A stretch of DNA of 20,000 nucleotides from Gonapodya sp. JEL0774. Its lineage: Eukaryota. The DNA lies in NCBI GenBank assembly GCA_027604505.1, contig JADIIX010000021.1:185893-205892 (forward strand), read 5' to 3'. A program made the position numbers and the translations under genes. Every line of letters begins with the position of its first letter. The stretch's first letter is position 1. The notes under the pieces were generated by a model. It saw nothing but the letters and a program-made list of their open reading frames with translations, made no database searches and was not told where the DNA came from. Positions 9,475 to 20,000 of this stretch are shown here, in pieces.

Positions 9475-11311
9475 ATGCTGCTCGCAACAGCAGCGGGATT
9501 GGGAGGGTGGTTTGATCGCCGAAGGGGCACACCAGCCGGTCTTTTTCTAGCGGATGAAAGTGGGGAGCCCAGACAGAATTGGTCCAATTGTTGTGGCGGA
9601 GACACCAATAGGGACAGGGACATGAAGGAGATTAGCAGGTATGTACATGCCCTCTTTGAGGCCTGCAGCTAGCGGGATCCGACTCTCCACAACACGATGG
9701 CAGTCATCCCAGTTTGTCTCACCCATGTGCGGCTGCTACTCTAATTTATCTACAGATCTGCATCCACTGCTCCGATCATCACGGAAGAACTCGTTGCAAG
9801 TGCACCTGAGATGACCATAGATTCACATGCTGCACCGGTCACTGAAACTGTGGTATTGACACCTGAGAGTTCGAAAGATGTGAAGTTAGATACGAAGATC
9901 GAGGCCGGGCAGGAGACACCGACAGCCGGAGAAGTGGGTACTTGAATCACACCCTGCTGTCTACCCAACCGGTGAAAAAGCTTTTCGTCTTCTTTCCTGG
10001 ATCAGCTTTCCCACTGGGTCTTCAAAGCTCTCGCAACGCCTCTAAACATGCTTGGAGAACTCAGCGTTCTCTACGCGGGAAAACCCCTTATCGTTTCACA
10101 TGAGGTGAGCTGCTGCGTGCTTGATTGATATCTCATTCCTCCAATAATTCAAGCACTCCTATCGCGGGCTCTTTGTTGCGTTGAAAGTTTGTCCCAACCT
10201 CCCCGGATGAAATGTCGATCGCTCCTGGTCAGCGCGTGGTTGTGAAGGAGGTGTTCCGTGATGGATGGTGTGTCGCTTACAATCACCACACGGGAGAGTA
10301 TGGAGCGGTACCGTGGTAAGTCGCTAACTGGAATATCTTACGTTTTTTGTTCTCGGGGTTCACGTAACTTTTATCGCAGCGACTGCATACACTTCTTCAA
10401 TACTCCACTGTCAACCACCAAGATTCCCTTCGCTATTCCCAAATCCCTTCCTCCTGCCTTTAGATCCCAAGAGGCGTCTCAGGCTGCCGCTCGGAGCGGC
10501 AAAGTAGTCGCCGAACGGGCTCGACAGGCAGCATCTCGAAGAGTAAGCCGCAGCCCCATCTCCTCCCTCTCCCCTTCCGCAAACAGCTTTGGAGCTGGGG
10601 CAACTTTCGCATTTACGAGAAGTGGCGGGTTGGACGGTGCAGTCGATCCTGAAGGGGTTAGAAGCAGAAGTTGGTCAGGAAGCTTTTCCAGTCGAGTCGA
10701 TGCTTCCAGTCGAGTCGATGCAGAGCGGAGCTGGACGTCTTTGGGTACCGCTCGCGCGAATAGAGAGATGGATCTATTGCGATCTTCAGTAAGTTATCTA
10801 ATCTGATTCGCCGCAACCGCATTCGTAACGCGCCATCATGTAATAGGAGCCACTTGATGGAACTAATCCATCGCCTCATCCCGCCTCCGAGGACTACTCT
10901 GCTTCCAACTGCGGTGTCCCTGTGGTTGCTGTAAATATCTCTCCCTCTCGTAAACCACCACCTTGGCCTCCGCAACTGCCTGGTGTTCTTCGACAACCAG
11001 ACGGAGGCTTACGCGTGTCGGCGGTTGTCCCAGCGACACCTGAGCACACATGGAAAACAGCGAAGTCTGGATCCCCACAATTGGCAGCACTTCAGGTTCC
11101 AGTCCCCGCAGCTGTGCGCACCTCGTCCCTAGAAGCCAGCAAACTGGTATTCAATGAGACCCCCGTCGCATTGGGTCCGGCAACAATTTCCTCTTGCGAC
11201 AAATCCCCGAACCCTCTCGCTTCCTCTCTCACTCCCTTTGTGTCCCTACCACATAAGGGACCTCTGTGGGGTGAACGTACAATCAGTCTTGAACCTAGAA
11301 AGTACCATTAA
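9475..11311 (+). CDS. Soluble Fus1-type SH3-domain protein with disordered flanks, 6 exons, ~480 aa
   Basis: Exons 9475-9638, 9756-9933, 10006-10104, 10188-10315, 10380-10788, 10847-11311 join in frame. SH3 is LIVSHEFVPTSPDEMSIAPGQRVVVKEVFRDGWCVAYNHHTGEYGAVPCDCI. No TM segment seen. The start codon is uncertain (9442, 9475 or 9622). Confidence 0.78.
10688..10721 (+). repeat. 18-bp tandem duplication encoding (SSRVDA)x2
   Basis: The sequence ccagtcgagtcgatgctt followed by ccagtcgagtcgatgc is directly visible. Confidence 0.85.
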
Positions 11312-11968
11312 GAAATTGGGGGAATGGGCCCCACGCAGCGGTAAAGTTATTAGAGTACGCTAACATAGTAAAGATTTTTGATTTTAATCATATATTATTT
11401 AACGTGAAGAAGTCCTGCTCAAATCTAATCCAGGTGACGTGATAGGAAAGAAAGAGCGCGGGGACGTTGCAACTCCCGAAGAAGCGAAGATTACCTGATG
11501 GTTCGTCAAACCCTTCTGGCCAAGCCCTCATGCCCACTTGTGTCGGTAACTCGTTCATCAATGAACCTGAACTTGCTGCTTACGAGTATCCTAGCACGTT
11601 TTGGTTCAATTCGACAGGTCCAAGCGTTGTATCACGCTTCTTTTCCGTACGGCATTTGGATCCTGGTCCCGAGATTTCATAAACGAGAGCGGCGTCAGCA
11701 AAGAGATCCAATCACGCCAGTTTGATCGCTGTTTTCGTTTTCGTTTGTCATTTGTTGATGATGGCGCCCCTTCAAGGAATAGGAAGGCGTCCTCTGAAAA
11801 CAGACCTTTAGCTCAGTTTGAATGATGGGAGAGCCGCGCTCTAGAAATTATTGTGATTGAAGCACTGGGCGGGTTGGTGACCCAAGTTGTCCCTTTTACC
11901 ACCACAGAACACGGGAACTTTTCTTATTCGCCTTCCCATTTCCAAGCACGTGATCGTGCTCGCCAGCG

Positions 11969-13833
11969 ATGGCTCGCCCACCGCCATCGACTGGTGTTGC
12001 TAAACTGAAGAAGTATCCGCAAAAGAGAAGTTCACATTCGATGAAAGCTCGCAATCCTCGTCGTGGACCGGGTGGTGGACTCTCGGTGTTCGCAGACCCT
12101 GAAACAGCATCTCCTGATTCCCTGGGAACGCAAAACAAGGAATTAGCAGAAGAGATTGCCGACTCCGTGCGCAAAGATTATGTCGCTGTTGAGTGAGTAT
12201 GATGGATTGTGGTTTGAAAGATGTTGAAATGAGTCCCCAATACATACCTCTCCTAGTGCATCATCGCTTCGGAAAAGTCTCCCACTTTCGATTTCTCAAA
12301 TGCCTCGCTACATGGGCAAGAAAGTCACGAGGGCGCAGCTCCTTTCTCAGGATCATGGAAATGACTCAGAAGAGGACTTCTCAGGTGACGACGACGACGG
12401 AGGATCCAGTCATCCAGATAGCTCCCATGGAAGCGACAGCGATGATAGGGACATTAATGGTGAAGATGACTTGGAGGAGGATGAGGACATAAGTGAACGG
12501 GAGGACTACACAGACCATACGGACGATACGGAGACCGGGCATGAACATCCCACTCGAGGACCTACCCGTACCCTCAATTCACCATCGACAGCATCACATA
12601 AGCGAAAACGTTTAGATGATGTCGATGGAAAGCCGTTTGACGAGGAGTTTGCCTCGAAGAAGAAGTCAAAGGCGAACCTGCAGTCGTCGCCCCCTACAGA
12701 AGCAGCCGGGCCGGAGCCAACTCAAGTCCGTGCTCACCTCAATCTCCTAGACGCTCTCCTTGAGTACCGTATTGTTGCTCAGCGAGCACTCTCTCTGGTG
12801 GCGCGACTACCCCCTCCAGCGCTGGCTCCTGCTTATTCTTTCCTGGCCGGTGAAGAGATAAACCAAGCTCGCAATGCCGCAGCTGAACAAATCACAACGG
12901 CTATTCAAGGATTAGCCAACGCTCGAAGGCTTATGTTGGGAAAACTTCGTCTTGGGAGTTCCTCAACGCTACCTGAATCGAGTCGCTCCAAGGATCTCGA
13001 CTCTTTGCGGGAAGAACTTGCCCTTCTTGACCATGCCTTCAAGCCTTACCGCTCAGTGGAATTGCGAAAGTGGGACCAACGCTCGTCTGTAGCGTCAATG
13101 GCGTCTCGCAGCTCCGGTTTCTCGTCCGGTCTGAAAGTGTTCGGGAAGAAGGAGCAGGGCGGGGTAGTTGAGAGAATAGAAGCTACTTTGAGAGAAAGAG
13201 AAAAGCTGCTCATGAAGACTAGGGTTCGGAGAGATGGGCAGGATGCAGGACTCGGGCGGATACACGATACCAAGGAGGTGCGTGCTTGATGAGGAGTTGC
13301 CTCGAAAGGAAAGATTCAAGCAGTCGCCCAAACTCGGCATTTTCCTTCTTTCTCTCGTTTATTTTTCATAGGTTCAACAGAGTACAATACCGGACTCCCA
13401 CGCCAGCCGCCGACCACCACCTGCAACGGACCCGGAGTTATTCGACGACGCGGATCTCTACTCTTACTTACTTCGTGACCTCATTGACCGGCGAGCGTCG
13501 GAACCCACATTGGATGCCGGTGCGTTATCGGTCCAAGTACTTTTTGGAGATCAGATTTTATCTAACAGCAAATTCATCATTGCAGCAGCCTTGACTTCGC
13601 TCGCTCTCAATCGGCCCACGAAGGTGTCCCGTCCAGGAGTTGACCGAAAGGCCTCCAAAGGTCGTCGGATCCGGTATGTTGTGCACGACAAATTGTCTGG
13701 TTTCATGGTACCGCGAGGCGAAGAAGCACCTCAAAAGGCATGGGAATGGATTGGACGAAGTCTCTTTGGGCAAGGAGTGCGCACAGACGGCGTGGTTGAA
13801 TCTGTCGTTGACGGTTTGAGAGTGATCGGGTGA
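11969..13833 (+). CDS. BFR2: Protein BFR2 / AATF (ribosome biogenesis; AATF-Che1 and TRAUB domains)
   Basis: Exons 11969-12192, 12257-13277, 13372-13519, 13586-13833. Motifs: YVAVDASSLRK...PRYMGKKVTRAQL, an acidic tract, LLDALLEYRIVAQRAL, DPELFDDADLYSYLLRDLI and VDRKASKGRRIRYVVHDKLSGFMVP. Confidence 0.93.
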
Positions 13834-14145
13834 AGCTACTGCGAGTATTTTAGCGAGAATATTTTCTTTAATGAATGCATTTCGGTGTTGGGATAGAATG
13901 GCTATAATAAACAGACCTCGGCTCAAATGTTGGGTTGTGCGTGTGGAGAAGGAATCCAGCAGAGAAGTGAATTCGACTAAATCGTGAGTCGATTTCGAGA
14001 CCACGCCACCCCAAGCACACCAGCGTGAACGGCAATTTTGAAGCCGCGTGTCAAAGCCTCTCCTCACGCTCGCTCACTTGGTTCCTTCAAAGCTCCTACA
14101 TCGTCATTGGTCGAGCGCCATTCATTTGTGCCGTCGTCTTCAAGG

Positions 14146-17100
14146 ATGTCCACTTCTCCGGTCTCAAGTGGTGCGAAAGCCACAATGCAAAATATGTTCA
14201 ATCAAATTGAAAAGACGATACAGACCATTGGAATCCTCAGGTGAGCTGTTCTGCCGGGAGTGGTGGGAATTCTGGCGTACCGGCGCATGAGCCCAACAGA
14301 TGTGCTCACATACGGATAAAAGAAAGAGCGGTGTTTGTAGCTCAAGGCCAGCTTGGATTGTTTCTTGTGAACGCGTGAATTGGCCCGAGTTACGCCGATG
14401 AAGGGGAGCAAGGAGTTCGTTATCGGAGGTGACACCCCGGATCGAGTTACTTGCTCTCCTTCTTCCGAAATAATTAAATTTCATGCTTGGAGTGGTCCTC
14501 ATGACTCGGACGGCCTCTCATTGCGTTGAAACAGGACAGGAGGTTATATACGATTGTTGTTCTCGTCTGGTCTCACATGCGCTCCTCTAGGCTGAAAGAC
14601 CTCATAAAAGCCGTTCGTGCCTGCAAAACTGCTGCTGACGAGCGTGCTGTGATCGCCCGCGAGTCGGCTTTTATCCGCACTCAGTTCAAAGAGGAGAACG
14701 TTGAAACCCGAGGGGTCAATGTTGCGAAGCTCCTCTATATTCATATGTTGGGGTACCCCGCCCATTTTGGACAAATTGAATGCTTAAAACTCGGTGGGTA
14801 TTGGCTCTACAGAGTGTCGTCAGAATCTTACTGTAGAGGACTTCACCCGAGCCGAACAATGGAGAGACTGAAAGAAGAACAGGAACCTGGGAAGAACTAC
14901 AACTGGACTAAAAGCGGGTCGAGCTTACATGGAATGTTGTGGTGGTGTATGGGCCCTTTGAATCCCCAATGTGCGATTTCTCAGGTGGTATACCTGTGGG
15001 GACCTCAATCTTACAGCTGTCAAAGGAACTGAAAGAAACCGTCTTAATTCCAAATTCATGCTCATGGTCGCATTCTTGTGCTTCAGTTGTTTCTCCTCGA
15101 TTTTCCGACAAACGTCTGGGCTATCTCGGCATCATGCTTCTTCTTGACGAAAATCAGGAAACGCTCACACTAGTGACGAACTCACTCAAAAATGACATGA
15201 ACCACCCCAACATGTACGTTGTTGGACTCGCCTTGTGTACACTGGGGAACATTTCCAGTCCAGAGATGGCGAGGGATCTGTCCGCGGATGTCGAAAAGTT
15301 GCTTGGTAGTGCGAATGCGTTTGTGAGGAAAAAGGCAAGTGGCCAGTGGTGGACAGGTTATAGTTCTCCTTGGATGTCGACTAATGCACCCATTTTGACC
15401 CGTCTTCGTCTCGGTACCTTACTTTCACGCTTTCAGGCAGCACTCGCCGCCCTTCGAATTATTCGAAAAGTACCGGAGCTGTGCGAGAACTTTTTCCAGC
15501 GTACAAAAGCTCTTCTCAGCGAAAAGAACCATGGTGTTCTCCTCACGGGCGTCACTCTCCTCACAGAAATGTTGAGGATGACACCAGGCCTAGTCGGGGA
15601 TGCGAGATCTGTGAGTCTTTGCTCTGGTGTGAAGAATTGAGAACTGTTATCTGCCCTCTTGAGCAGTTTAGGAATGTCTGGAGCTCATCTGTACTGATCG
15701 GTGGCTCACAGACAGCGAGCCATCAGGTTACTGACGCTTTATCACTGCCTTCTCTCATCTGCATCTGGCTCTTTAGCTCGTACCTCAGCTTGTCCGTCAC
15801 CTCAAAAATCTGGTCACCGCTGGATTTTCTCCGGAGCACGATGTGTCGGGTGTTACAGATCCCTTCTTGCAAATCAAGATTCTTCGCTTACTCAGGTTGC
15901 TGGGAAATGGCGACGCAGCAGCAAGCGAACAGATGAACGATGTTCTTGCGCAGGTGGCAACCAACACGGAGGGCTCGAAGAATGTTGGCAACTCAATCTT
16001 GTACGAGGTGGTTTTGACCATTATGAATATTCAAAGCGAGAGCTCGTTGAGGGTGCTTGCTATCAACATTCTTGGAAAATTTTTGAGCAATAGGGACAAT
16101 AACATCAGGTGAGTGTCACAGCCACTTGTTACACATGTCTTCGTTGTTCGAATTTGTTATCTGTTCACACACAATGCGCTTCGTAGGTACGTAGCTCTTA
16201 CAACTCTCGCAAAAGTACAAGCAGCACCAGGGGCAGCGCCGTCGTCCGACTCGTCCGCTCTTCAGCGCCACCGCTCCACCATCCTTGATTGCCTCCGGGA
16301 CCCTGATATTTCTATTCGACGAAGAGCCTTGGAACTTTCATTCCAACTCGCAAATGTGCAGAACATTCGCGTTCTTGCGCGAGAACTGCTGTCCTTCCTT
16401 GAGGTGGCCGAAGGAGACCTCAAGGGTAATGTGGGAGCGAAGATATGCGAGGTCGCTGCCTCTTACAGACCCAACAGGCGATGGGAGATCGATACAGTAT
16501 GCCGGGTCCTGAAAGTTGCCGGAGGGTGAGTTGAAGCATACCGATGATTCAGTCGTTAGCTCATTATTTTCTCGAAACAGCTACGTCGAGCAAGATGTTG
16601 TCAACGACTTCATCAAAACTGTCTCAACGGCCCCAACAGAACTGCAATCTTATACTGTTCGCAAACTGTATTCTTTTATCGCCAAAGGTGGCGACTCAAA
16701 TCTGCTCTTGCAGCAAGAGGGTCTTGTGCTTGCTGCGATCTGGTGCATCGGAGAGTACGGAGAAGTGCTGACATCGGGAAGCGCCACACCGGCAGTGGAT
16801 GCGGGGGACGAGGAGGACAAAGACGAAGCCACAGTCGCAGCACCCAGCGAGAAGGAGGTGTTGGATACCCTGGAGCTTGTTCTCAAGGGACCGCTTGCGA
16901 CAGATCCTGTGAGAGAATATGGAGTTACCGCTCTCATGAAGCTGACCAGCAGATTCAAAGGGAACGATGAGTGGGTGTTTCGTTGACACGCAACCAAAGG
17001 TGCTCTCTGACGAAGTTCGTGCAAAATTTAGTCGTATTCGAGCCCTCATTTCGAGATATCGTGCAAATATTGATGTGGAGATTCAGCAGCGAGCAAATGA

Positions 17101-18434
17101 ATACCTATCCCTCTTCAATCTGGACAAGTCTACTCGCGATGCGGTTCTGGACAAGATGCCCGTCTTGGACACAGCCCTGGCCGAAGAGTCTCAAAAAGGA
17201 AAAGGGGAGCCGATGGATAAAGCAGCTGCTTCCACAGAGATTAAGGCACCAGGAGCTCAAAGTAACGGCGTTGCTGCTGGTTTGCTCGGTGAGGACTTGC
17301 TGGGAAGCGCGGTGCCCTCGGCGGCGGTCGGGACGGGAGCGGGAGGTTTGGATGTTCTCTCGAGCATCTTTGGAGCAACAGGGCAACCAGCATCTACTCC
17401 GACAGCTACGATAAAAAGTCCCACTGACAATGATGTAAGTCAGAGTGACTTTTGTCATCGAGACCCACAACTTAATGTCGCTTGTCGAACAGCAACTACT
17501 GGACTTGTTTGGTGCCGGGACTTCAAAAGCAGCATCATCAATTATGTCACCAACCTCGCCCAACGGTATTGCTGTCATGGGTGGTCTTGTCCCAACATCT
17601 TCACCTATTGCGACAGCACCTTCTGGTGCCAACGTGGACCTGCTGTCAGATCTGTTTGGAGGAGCAACATTAGGACCACCTGTTGCGAGACCCGCGATTG
17701 CTACAGCACAACCACAATCGAAGCCTGCAGATCCCTTTGCAGCACTGATGGGAATGCCAGCAAACACTAGCACCGGATTCTCCCAACCATCGTCATCTCC
17801 TCCCACTTTATCTGCGCAATCTTCTGTTTTGTCCGGTCTCCCCACGTCGTCTTCTCTCACTTCTGGCGGAATGCCGTCTCTCTTTGGAGGCGTCTCAGCT
17901 GCATCAACTACTCCCACCGGGTCTGTCGTGTACAGCAAGAATGGCCTCAGTATCACGTTAAATGCTCTGCGGGCACCGTCCACCGATTCCAACAATACAG
18001 TGACCATCAATGCTGAATTCCGAAATGTTGGCTCTGTTCCTATCGGTAACGTGCAACTTCAGGTTGCAGTTCCAAAGGTATGTTATTGAAATTGTTAATA
18101 CCTTTAGGTGATTTATGCCTACTTACGCACACAATGTTCTGTTTTGACTCCACTACAACAATTTCCAGGCACTCAAAATTCAAATACTCCCTCCTTCCGC
18201 GACCCAACTGGCCCCGGGTGGTACCATTGCGCAGTCCTTTATTGCACAAAACCCTACAAAGGTGGGCTCTCTTCTTTTTTGTGAGCAAATTGACGGTTGT
18301 TGATTGGTGAAGCTCCCATTGAATTCAAGGCCCCGATAAAGCTGAGACTAAAAGTTGCCTATTCCACTGCATCGTTGCCACCAGTGGATGAAATCGTGGA
18401 TTACGCGTTCACTGACTCGAGCTTGTGGTTATAG
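14146..18434 (+). CDS. APL4: AP-1 adaptor complex gamma subunit (gamma-adaptin), ~11 exons
   Basis: Exons 14146-14240 (tentative), 14591-14793, 15087-15334, 15437-15610, 15777-16108, 16187-16525, 16581-16970, 17032-17434, 17493-18077, 18169-18261, 18330-18434. Motifs: [75 protein letters not shown] and [11 protein letters not shown]; a hinge with LLDLF/LLSDLF; an ear domain QVAVPK...KLRLKVAY. Confidence 0.96.
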
Positions 18435-18521
18435 GAGCTGCAATGTATTTTTTACTGTTGCGAATCAACTCCCCGACTGGGCGGTACAATGTAATGCTAC
18501 AAAACGATACTAATGACACTT

Positions 18522-19224
18522 TTAGCTCTTGCTCTTCACGGGAATAGACGCTACTGTTGTTTTGTCGTCTGCAGTGAAAGTTACCTCCGTGGCTGGCGAT
18601 GAGCGCTGCGATTTGAATGTCTGCGGTGATTGTGTTACAATTGGAATAGGCAACTCAGAGACTCATGGAACATACCTCCTCCGCTTCCGCTAAAGATGAC
18701 AAAAATTCAATAGGGTGTCGTTCGAAGAACGGCCTGATTATGTGAAAAGGCCTGAGTTCCCGTCAATTCAGTGTCCCAGAACCCCAAAGCTCTCACCATG
18801 GGGGGATTGTCACCTAAAACACAGAGCAATTAGAACGCGTGGCGATCGTTGCAACGGGAGGATTTCAGGATGACTGATGCTATTCTTCGACGAATGACAC
18901 TTCCCCAGATGCTCCGCTCCCTACCGTGTGAAGACTCACCAAGGCAGTTATAGAGCCACCAGCTAGCAACAACCCCAGGCCCGTAAGGACAGATTGTTGC
19001 GCGAATCCAAAAAGAAAGCCAAGTACTCCGCTTGCAACGAGCAAGTAGTGAGCGAAGTTCTCCGCCAGTCGCTGCCCTTCGAGATCCTTTTTGGTTAACA
19101 ACAGGGGGATATTGGAAGTCTTGGCAAAATTCAATGGCCTGAATTGATGATGGCTCACAATCATCTAGGAAATTGCCCTGATGGAATTTGAAGTTGAATG
19201 AAACAGTATGAAACGCACTGCCAT
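18522..19224 (-). CDS. SPC1: Signal peptidase complex subunit 1 (SPC12/SPCS1), 6 exons, ~110 aa
   Basis: Exons 19224-19219, 19164-19159, 19086-18940, 18813-18797, 18733-18676, 18620-18522 give MAMI|DLEGQRLAE..., two TM segments, then VTIPPWPFFERHPIEFL. This is the SPC12 signature (IDFEGQ ... PPWP...RHP). The first exon is tentative. Confidence 0.9.
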
Positions 19225-19294
19225 CACCGATTGGTTGTGCATCAGATTCCAGCCCATTAAACTTCTAATATGTCAGTGACAGCAGACAAAGAGG

Positions 19295-19650
19295 ATTTAG
19301 AGACAATTGGTGTGTCCCGATGTCTTCATCTTCCATGAAATTGCCGGGGATTTGCACTGATGAGGCTGCTTCAAGGTTCGCTGTCGGACAGCTCAAAAGC
19401 GCAATCCTTTGTCTTGCCTCTGACCATGGCAGATGAACATAAAATACACGATCGTTTTACTGCATACTCGAGGGCAATGTGCCAAAAGGAGATTTCTGGT
19501 CAGTGTCGGTTTTCCTGTGGTTCTGCTCAAGCACATGAACGTGGGTCGGTGGAACTGCCATTGGCATGAAATTGCTCCTGTGTAATAGAATTCGCTAAGT
19601 GTTCCTCAACACGAACTTGGTCGGTAATGTGGGCCTGCCGGAGTGAGCGG
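19295..19650 (+). pseudogene. Possible degenerate Pif1/Helitron-type helicase fragment
   Basis: Frameshifted pieces appear in the expected order: QLVCPDVF, SAILCL, GNVPKGD/FLVSVGFPVVLLKHMNV, GGTAIGMKLLL. They resemble 'VYPD..RAIL..G.PPH.L.LKVG.PVMLLRNL...GLCNGTRL'. Stops and frameshifts are present, and no element termini were identified. Confidence 0.35.
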
Positions 19651-20000
19651 AATCAGATGATGGATTGCGTCAGAGAACAGTAAGTCTCGGAACCGTCTCG
19701 CATTCTTTTCTGGCCTTTTCCTTACTTCTTGTGTTGGTTTACCTGGGATAACGTGATTGTGGTTATTTCTGAAGTGGTACGGCTGAGGTGAAGCTCCGAA
19801 TTCGAAGAGAGTACATTGAAGACCGAAATGCTCGCTATGCACAGTTTTTGGAGGAGCAAAGCATGCTCACGCCAGCGCAACAGGAGGAAGCAAAGAAAAG
19901 CTGGAACCCTTTGGGTCAAAAACAATCATAGGGACCTGCAGTGTTTGCAACCATCTTTGCGTTCGTGCTCCTCTTTGTGAGCCAATTCTTCCCCCCCCCC

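Noticed and set aside
10922..11311. Stand-alone 129-aa ORF
   Set aside because: It joins in frame to the SH3 gene through intron 10789-10846, so it is treated as that gene's last exon.
11312..11968. Short ORFs between the SH3 gene and BFR2
   Set aside because: There is no coherent splice pattern or protein motif; the region is likely intergenic or promoter.
17105..18010. 301-aa minus-strand ORF
   Set aside because: It is the antisense shadow of the low-complexity gamma-adaptin hinge exons and has no recognisable motifs.
1..20000. Prokaryotic systems (SRAP-linked SOS operon, CRISPR, defence island), tRNA or rRNA genes
   Set aside because: The genes are spliceosomal-intron-containing eukaryotic genes, and no repeat-spacer arrays or structural RNA signatures were seen.
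19988..20000. Terminal C-run
   Set aside because: It is a short homopolymer truncated by the window edge and cannot be interpreted.

Overview
This is eukaryotic, intron-rich, gene-dense DNA of about 50% GC with short GT-AG introns. It is most consistent with an early-diverging (chytrid-like) fungus; that assignment is an inference. Manual splicing gives eight genes: (1) HMCES/SRAP abasic-site protein (-); (2) a ~20-exon type I membrane protein with a Cys-rich ectodomain, Pro stalk, TM helix and Fus1-type SH3 (+); (3) TFIIIC subunit 6-like (-); (4) an unknown 4-TM protein (-); (5) a soluble SH3 protein paralogous to the cytoplasmic part of gene 2 (+); (6) BFR2/AATF (+); (7) AP-1 gamma adaptin (+); (8) signal peptidase subunit SPC1 (-). 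A possible decayed Pif1/Helitron helicase fragment lies near the right end. The most interesting items are the receptor-like/soluble SH3 paralog pair sharing an unnamed pre-SH3 motif, a candidate 2-nt microexon that restores a Stig1-like Cys motif, and the 4-TM protein with Orai/PGG-like helix motifs. All gene models were built by eye and have no transcript support.
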